Translations under genes and position numbers: made by a program
Shown here: one piece after another, positions 7,301-11,943 of the stretch
Position numbering within the stretch: position 1 is the stretch's first letter
Layout of the letters: every line of letters starts with the position of its first letter
The notes under the pieces: generated by a model
Databases searched by the model: none
The model's input: the letters and a program-made list of their open reading frames with translations, nothing else
What the model was told of the DNA's origin: nothing
DNA from: Candidatus Sumerlaeia bacterium
GTDB lineage: Bacteria > Sumerlaeota > Sumerlaeia > SLMS01
Assembly (NCBI GenBank): GCA_038208905.1
Contig: JBBQYG010000130.1
Span: forward strand, 1 to 11,943
DNA length: 11,943 nt
Reading direction: 5' to 3'

Positions 7301-7566
7301 CCCACTCCCGAAACCGACCGCACACGCTGCACGCCACTGGAGCCATTGAGTGCCGTTTCGATGGGAAAACTGACCAGCGTTTCCACTTCCTCGGGGGCGA
7401 GGCCACCCGCTTCGGTCAACACGGTCACTTGCGGCCGATTGAGGTCGGGAAGCACGTCCACGGGAAGCTTCGACATCTCGTACAGGCCGTAGAGTGTCAG
7501 GACGAGCGCCGCGACCAGCACGAAGAGCCGGTTCTTGATCGAGAAGTGGATAACGTGCTTCAACAT
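4399..7566 (-). CDS. CusA/CzcA family heavy-metal efflux RND transporter permease (HME5-like), 1055 aa
   Basis: 'LPVDVLPDLNRPQVTVLTEAGGLAPEEVETLVSFPIE', TM4 'GGLAIAIGELVDDSIIDIENV', 'GREFLPPFNEG', 'ERLVPVLMTA'. Two 6-TM halves. GGAG SD. Confidence 0.96.
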   Translation of the reverse strand: MLKHVIHFSIKNRLFVLVAALVLTLYGLYEMSKLPVDVLPDLNRPQVTVLTEAGGLAPEEVETLVSFPIETALNGSSGVQRVRSVSGVGLSIVFVEFGWGTDIYLARQLVAEKLASVRERLPAGVEPQMGPISSIMGEIMLIGLKSKEISPVELRLLADWTLRPRLLSIPGVANAIPIGGGRMQYQIKADAEKLRAFNLTLADLESAVAGANQNTTGGFIEKQSQEYLVRNIGRVRDVAEFADAVITTRDGTPITVGNVAEVMKGIQVMRGDASINGEPAVIIMVSKQPGQDTVKLTETIERAMGELRSALPAGVELDDDVFRQQHFIEASIHNVIEVMRDAAILVSIVLILFLLNARTTLISLTAIPLSFIVTFIIFKFAGIGINTMTLGGLAIAIGELVDDSIIDIENVSRRLRENAARSVGDRINPLKVIYEASNEVRSTLVYATVLMTIVFIPLFQLSGIEGRIFAPMGIAYIVSVLASLVISLTVTPALAAVLLSGYFDKLRVKMEAKGLHFHGGEESDSWIVRQLKSLDRRQLRFTLRHPNMIMGAFYLLALLAIYGVTHLGREFLPPFNEGTITISMIAAPGTSLSESNRIGTLAEKELLSIPEVALVSRRTGRAELDEHAEGVHSSELEVDFKPGGRPQPVVLAEVRERLGRFPGMVVNVGQPISHRLDHLLSGVNAQVAIKIFGDDLTTLRDKAEAVRAAMATVPGVTDLFVEKQVLIPQLRIQIHRDAAKAYGIQVGDLAQTLEASLYGKTVTEVLDGQKTYDVVVKLRDEYRGDEDSIANMLIDTPTGAKVPLRAVADVISSTGPNQVLRENGKRRIVIQANVAGRDLGGAITEIQGAIGSSVQLPTGYFITYGGQFEAQQAATRIIGLLSIVSLLLMYVILYHHFRAHRIVVCILMNIPQAAIGAVAVLWFTTGIFSIASLMGFITLTGISLRNGIMMINHYIHLMKHEGESFSKEMIVRGSLERLVPVLMTATCAVLGLVPLAIATGQPGKEILQPMAVVMLAGLITSTLLDIIYTPAFFWRWCGPIANRLVKGGEEDFLSD

Positions 7567-7632
7567 GGCGATTCAATCTCCGGCCATTGGATCGGGCCCG
7601 GCGGGCTGTTTGGAGGAGTTGTTAAGTTGGTG

Positions 7633-7663
7633 TCCGGGCCGACGATGCGCATGTCGGCCCGGA
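7633..7663. other. Intergenic near-palindromic GC hairpin
   Basis: TCCGGGCCGAC-GATGCGCAT-GTCGGCCCGGA: 11-bp perfect arms with no U-tract. Confidence 0.65.
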
Positions 7664-7707
7664 ACTTGGGCGCGGCCGATGCCACTCAGGACGCCGCCGC
7701 GCTTTTC

Positions 7708-9177
7708 TCAGTGGGCGTGGCCGTGTGCTATCTCCAGCGCCTTCTTCAGATTCGCATCGGCGTCTTCAAGAAACTTCTTCTCGCAGCCCATGCAGCAGAG
7801 TCCGACTTTGTAGCCGGCATGGGTGACCGACGCTCCGGCCTGCATGGAACCGACTGGCTTGCCGCTGATGGGACAGTTCGCGTTCCCGGCATCCTGAACG
7901 GCGGCGGATTGCTTGCCTGCGACCATTTTGCGAATGGTAGCGATCTCGGCTTTGAACTTTGCCATCACTGCTTTGGTCTGCGCGGCGTCGCCCGCATCGC
8001 CGAACTTGTCGAGGAGGCCGGCTTGCTGCTTGATGCGCGCAATGCTTGCGGAGAGGGCCTTTGATTCCCCGTCGGAAAGGCTGTCAACCTTTCCCGGTAT
8101 GGCGGCAATGAGATCACGGGCGGCGAATGCCTCGTCGTGCACCTTTGCGAGCTGATTGCCCGTGATGGCGGCCTCGATGGCGGCGATTCGCGCGTCGACT
8201 TCGGAGAGCAGCGCCTCAAGGGTCGCCGGAATGGCGACCTCGTCGTGGCTGTGCCCGTGATCGTCTGACTTGGTGGTGACTGCGTTTCCTGCTGAGTGTG
8301 CCTTCGCAGGCATCACCTCGATACCGAAGGGAGCGAATATCTGCTTCCCGCCAATTTGAACCTGAACGAAGAGCTGCTTGTAGCCACCCGTCGCAAAGTC
8401 CGTATGAAACTCCATCATCGGCCCGCCGCGTTCTGTATCGGATTTTGGCTCTTCGCCCATGGGATGGATGTGCGCCAGTTCCTTGCGATCCTCGCTGAAC
8501 GCGACCACATGGGCATAGGCTCCCATCACGGGTTCGAGTTGCGTGAACGGCTTTCCGTCCGGCCCCGTCACCGTCACCCAGGCCATGTGGGGATGACCGG
8601 CGGAGAACTTCTCCTCCTCAAACTTGAGTGCGAATGTATAGCCGTCCACCGTGGCCGTTTTGTTCCCGGATTTCACGATCGGGGAGGGCGTCCCCGTAAC
8701 GGTGAAGCTGGTGGCCGCATACTCCTGCTTCCCCGTAGCGCTCGGCAGCAGGTCGGCGAAGAGCTTGTACTCACCTGCCTTCTTCGGCGTGATCGTGAAG
8801 GTGTAAGTCCCGGGCGCCGTCCCCGGCTGCGGGTGCTCGTGGTGGTAGTCCGAGAGGCTGGGATCGACGATCAGCAGGTGAACCTTCTGAGTGTGGGCCG
8901 CTTGAAGATCGGCGTGCGTGATCGGTTGGCCTGCCAACGTCGTCAGCGTGAGAGTGAAGGTCGCCGGCTCGCCAATCTTGAGGCCCGATGCGGGAGCCAG
9001 ATTTGCCGTGATGGTCGCCGTCGCGGGCTCCATCTGCATGGCGGGCATTTCGGAATGGCTATGCCCGGAGCTTTCCGCCTTTCCCGGAGCGGTGTGATCG
9101 TGCTGCTGGGCGGAGGCAATGGAAGCAGACAGCAAGGCCGTTGCAAGAATCGAGAGCTGTTGATTACGGAGTTTCAT
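7708..9177 (-). CDS. Exported multidomain heavy-metal-binding protein (two His-containing beta/Ig-like domains, helical bundle, C-terminal YHS/TRASH-like domain)
   Basis: Signal peptide MKLRNQQLSILATALLSASIASA|QQHDH. Repeats 'HLLIVDPSLSDYHHEHP' and 'HVVAFSEDRKELAHIHP'. C-terminal 'NCPISGKPV...VGLCCMGCEKKF'. SD AAGGA lies 7 nt before ATG 9177. Confidence 0.8.
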   Translation of the reverse strand: MKLRNQQLSILATALLSASIASAQQHDHTAPGKAESSGHSHSEMPAMQMEPATATITANLAPASGLKIGEPATFTLTLTTLAGQPITHADLQAAHTQKVHLLIVDPSLSDYHHEHPQPGTAPGTYTFTITPKKAGEYKLFADLLPSATGKQEYAATSFTVTGTPSPIVKSGNKTATVDGYTFALKFEEEKFSAGHPHMAWVTVTGPDGKPFTQLEPVMGAYAHVVAFSEDRKELAHIHPMGEEPKSDTERGGPMMEFHTDFATGGYKQLFVQVQIGGKQIFAPFGIEVMPAKAHSAGNAVTTKSDDHGHSHDEVAIPATLEALLSEVDARIAAIEAAITGNQLAKVHDEAFAARDLIAAIPGKVDSLSDGESKALSASIARIKQQAGLLDKFGDAGDAAQTKAVMAKFKAEIATIRKMVAGKQSAAVQDAGNANCPISGKPVGSMQAGASVTHAGYKVGLCCMGCEKKFLEDADANLKKALEIAHGHAH

Positions 9178-9244
9178 GGGCATTTCCTTGGGAGTTCTTT
9201 GGGGGAATTGTTGGGTGATTTGCCCAGCGGGGCGTATCACACGG

Positions 9245-10465
9245 TTAGTTGCCGACGCGCTTGCTCATCCTCACTTGATAGGTGCCCTGAACCACGACCC
9301 GGTCGCCCTCCTTGAGAACGCCCTCAGCAAGGACAACCCTGTCGCTCAGGCGTTCCAGAATCTGCACCGGGAACGCCGTAAACTGCTCGCCGCCGGTCTT
9401 CACGTACACGGTTTGCTGGCCCTCCACGTCGATGACGGCCGACTTGGGAACCGACATCCCTGTGATCTCCTCGCCGGTTTCGATATAGACACGGCCGAAC
9501 ATGCCCGCGAAGAGGCGGTGATCCGCATTCGGCACTGAGAAGAGTATATGGAGTGCGCGGGTTCTTTCATCGACAGCCGTCCCCCGCGATACGAGGCGGC
9601 CGGGAAAGGCGACTCCCGGAAAAGCCTCGACGGTCAGCGAGGCACTCTTGGCCGAGTGCACCGAGGCGACGTCGTTCTCGAAAACGTCGGCCTCGACCAG
9701 CAGTTCGGACGTGTCGACGATGTGGAACAGTGGCTTTTCGCGGCCAACGTTCTCGCCAATGGTGACGTGGGTCTGGGCGATCACGCCGTCGATGGGGGCG
9801 CGGATGAGGCGACGCTTCTGTGCGAGGATTCCGTTCGTCGAGGCGGCATCCAGAAGCGAAACCTGATCGGAGAAGCCGTCGCGCTTGGCCTTGGCAACTT
9901 CAAGGGAGCTTTGTGCATCGGAGACGTCCTTGTCGGTGACAACCCCCGCAAGGCCTTTAATTCGGTCGTATTCACGCTGAGCGAGAGACAAGCCGGCTTC
10001 AGCTTCCCGAAGGTCGCTTGCTGCGCGGGCGCGGTCCGTGGCAATGATGACGAGGTCCGCGGCGGGAATCGACTCCTCCACGATAGCGATGATCTGCCCC
10101 TTCGTTACCGATTCGCCCAGGCCCGGAACGGAATATTCATCGGTGGAGATGAGACGGCCCTCCTGAGGCGCGGTGACAATCGCCTCCAGTTCCGGTCGTA
10201 CCCGTGTCTGGCCCAACACGCGAAGAGCCTTCGGCGCGGTCTCCCGTGTTGCGCGAACCGTTTCGATTTCGGCGAGAAGCTGCGTTTCAATGGGAACAGA
10301 GTGAGGCGCGTTCGAGGGCGAGAACGCGGCCTCCGTGGCCAGACTCGCTCCCGAGTGATCATGACCCGGCCCACCCGGCCCGCCAAAGGAAACGGAAGTC
10401 AGCAGAGCACACGCAATAAGACTGGTCGAAAGGCGAAGGTTGCCATTTTGCAGGATCGATCTCAT
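9245..10465 (-). CDS. RND efflux periplasmic adaptor subunit (CzcB/CusB-like membrane fusion protein)
   Basis: 'VTAPQEGRL...GESVTKGQII', coiled hairpin, 'IRAPIDGVI...GENV...LFHIVD', 'VDERTRAL', 'GMFG', 'VPKSAVID', 'LKEGDRVVVQG'. N-terminal GHDH. ATGA overlap with the upstream gene. Confidence 0.93.
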   Translation of the reverse strand: MRSILQNGNLRLSTSLIACALLTSVSFGGPGGPGHDHSGASLATEAAFSPSNAPHSVPIETQLLAEIETVRATRETAPKALRVLGQTRVRPELEAIVTAPQEGRLISTDEYSVPGLGESVTKGQIIAIVEESIPAADLVIIATDRARAASDLREAEAGLSLAQREYDRIKGLAGVVTDKDVSDAQSSLEVAKAKRDGFSDQVSLLDAASTNGILAQKRRLIRAPIDGVIAQTHVTIGENVGREKPLFHIVDTSELLVEADVFENDVASVHSAKSASLTVEAFPGVAFPGRLVSRGTAVDERTRALHILFSVPNADHRLFAGMFGRVYIETGEEITGMSVPKSAVIDVEGQQTVYVKTGGEQFTAFPVQILERLSDRVVLAEGVLKEGDRVVVQGTYQVRMSKRVGN

Positions 10466-11067
10466 GCGGCGGTCCCCTTCTTTCCGCCAGTCATTCGACC
10501 CAGGGCGAAAGCCCCGATCACCAGAAGCGAACCGATTGAAATCATCACCGCCAATCGTGGCGGGCCGTCCCCGTGATCGTGGGCGGCCTCCGCTTCCGGC
10601 GCGTCGGAAACCGGCGTCGGTTGAAAGCCCCCGATAGCGATCAAATCGGCGTCATCGCCTGCGGCAACATCGAACAACCACGAAGCGGGCTGCTCCGAAC
10701 TGGAGGTCACGGTTGCCGTATAAGCTCCGGAAGGCCCATCGCTCTTCGGCAGAAAATCCACCGTCGCGCTTGTCTCGCCCTCGGAGAAACTCGCGCTCAC
10801 CGTGGCACCCTCAACGGCCCGGTTTGTTTCCGAAGAAACAACATAAAGAGTCAGCGGAACTGTGGCGCCCTTCGAGAACGGTGGATACTTGAGCACCGCA
10901 TCGAAGGCCAGTCCGCTCCCCGATGCGGAGAGCAACGTCTCACCCGGCGCGGCCACCACCGGCTCGGGAGTGCCGTGGTCCTCCCCCTCGTGGGCGCTCA
11001 ACGGACCCATCAATCCGATGGATGCGAGAACCACCAGGAATGCTGTCTGGATTGTTGGACTCAACAA
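10462..11067 (-). CDS. Membrane-anchored exported His-tipped protein of unknown function (RND accessory)
   Basis: Signal peptide ending 'PLSA|HEGEDHG', beta-rich domain, 'AHDHGD', and C-terminal TM 'LAVMISIGSLLVIGAFALGR'. SD AAAGGAG precedes TTG at 11067/11064, which is preferred over 11160. Confidence 0.72.
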   Translation of the reverse strand: MLSPTIQTAFLVVLASIGLMGPLSAHEGEDHGTPEPVVAAPGETLLSASGSGLAFDAVLKYPPFSKGATVPLTLYVVSSETNRAVEGATVSASFSEGETSATVDFLPKSDGPSGAYTATVTSSSEQPASWLFDVAAGDDADLIAIGGFQPTPVSDAPEAEAAHDHGDGPPRLAVMISIGSLLVIGAFALGRMTGGKKGTAA

Positions 11068-11072
11068 AGCGA

Positions 11073-11211
11073 CTCCTTTCGCAGGGATAATCCCCCCGAT
11101 AAGGGCCTCATGACGCGAGCCGCGTTCCAACCCAGCGGAATAGGCGAAGGAACCGCTCAAACGCCCGTAAAAAGCGGGAATCCCGCAGGCACAGGCTGAG
11201 GCCCTCCGCTG
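11073..11211 (-). promoter_or_regulatory. Candidate structured 5' leader RNA of the efflux operon
   Basis: P1 11197-11205/11102-11110 (9 bp); P2 GCGGG-AUU-CCCGC+U5 (11169-11186); P3 11112-11165 multi-segment stem whose loop is complementary to 11204-11209. Confidence 0.4.
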
Positions 11212-11356
11212 CTACACCTCTTGAATTTGATGGATTACCAGCAACCCAGTGCTTTGAAACAAGGACCTTTGCGAAGGCGTTACTGAAGCCTCGAGCCTTC
11301 GTGCCTCCGATACCGCCATGTTCCTCGCGTTCGGATTCAGCTTCCCCGACCTTCCG

Positions 11357-11943
11357 TTACGACTGAGCAGCCGGATTTGCCGTGATCACTGGTAGTCTGA
11401 TCTCGAATCTCGATGCCGATTTACCCGCCACGTTTGCCAGCCTGATGCTCCCGCGGTGGCTGTCCAGAATGCGCTCCACAATGGAGAGGCCCAGGCCGCT
11501 GCCTTGTTCCTTGGTGGAGAAGAAAGGGTCGAAGATCTTCCCCGCGAGTTCGGGGTCGATGCCCGGACCCGTATCCTCGACCCAGATCGTCAGGTGATTC
11601 TTGTCCGAGCCGACGTATTGGATCATGAACTCGCCCCCGTTGGGCATGGCTTCGATGGAGTTGAGCAGTAGGTTGAGGAAGATTTGTTCGAGGTGGGATT
11701 TACCGATCGCGACCGGCCTGTTGAACTGGTCGGAATCCACGGAAACGCGCACGCCCGATTGCTCCCGGGTGGATTCGGTCAGAGCGAAAACGTGGCTGAC
11801 AGCCTCGGCAAGATTGGCCCAATGGGGTTCATCCTGAGGCCGTGCTTGTTCCACTCTGGCGAATTGAAGAAACTCCGTGAGGATCGTATCCAGCCGGGCC
11901 GTTTCCTCCAGGATGATCCCGGCGAAGTCTGGTTCGTCCGGGG
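11357..11943 (-). CDS. Sensor histidine kinase, NtrB/ZraS type, C-terminal part (5'-truncated by window edge)
   Basis: Frame open to the edge: 'FAGIILEETARLDTILTEFLQFAR' (HisKA end), N box 'LEQIFLNLLLNSIEAM', G1 'VEDTGPGI', F 'IFDPFFSTK', G2 'GSGLGLSIV'. Confidence 0.93.
   Translation of the reverse strand, partial: PDEPDFAGIILEETARLDTILTEFLQFARVEQARPQDEPHWANLAEAVSHVFALTESTREQSGVRVSVDSDQFNRPVAIGKSHLEQIFLNLLLNSIEAMPNGGEFMIQYVGSDKNHLTIWVEDTGPGIDPELAGKIFDPFFSTKEQGSGLGLSIVERILDSHRGSIRLANVAGKSASRFEIRLPVITANPAAQS

Noticed and set aside
2562..10576. Long plus-strand ORFs (2562-3377, 5869-7083, 7183-8064, 8296-9315, 9548-10576 and others)
   Set aside because: They are antisense shadows of well-supported minus-strand genes in GC-rich DNA and have no recognizable motifs.
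11210..11225. yybP-ykoY riboswitch, suggested by AGAGGUGUAGC
   Set aside because: It deviates from GGGGAGUAGC, and the downstream CAAUAC-type loop and GCRAGACC elements are absent.
1..11943. CRISPR array, transposase/integrase, tRNA/rRNA
   Set aside because: I saw no regularly spaced repeats, recombinase motifs or structural RNA gene signatures.

Overview
GC-rich bacterial window in which every credible gene is on the minus strand. It forms a heavy-metal homeostasis cluster. In transcription order (right to left): the 3' end of an NtrB/ZraS-type sensor histidine kinase; a structured leader; a His-tipped membrane-anchored exported protein; an RND periplasmic adaptor; a multidomain His-rich exported protein with a C-terminal YHS/TRASH-like Cys motif; a CusA/CzcA-family RND pump (HME5-like TM4 motif, with no outer-membrane channel gene in the window); a 23-aa uORF plus intrinsic terminator in an attenuator-like layout; a Csp3-like four-helix Cu-storage protein; a cupin; a Met-rich exported protein; a CopZ-like chaperone; a bacterial aeRF1-type (baeRF3/Balon-like) protein followed by an HPF/RaiA-family protein; a remnant of an M48 peptidase C-terminus; and the 5' end of a CopB-like P1B ATPase with a DUF2934-like N-terminal fusion (missed by the ORF track). 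The most notable points are a putative two-gene ribosome-hibernation module embedded among copper genes and two candidate cis-regulatory RNA leaders. All calls come from motif recognition and manual base-pairing; no searches were run.
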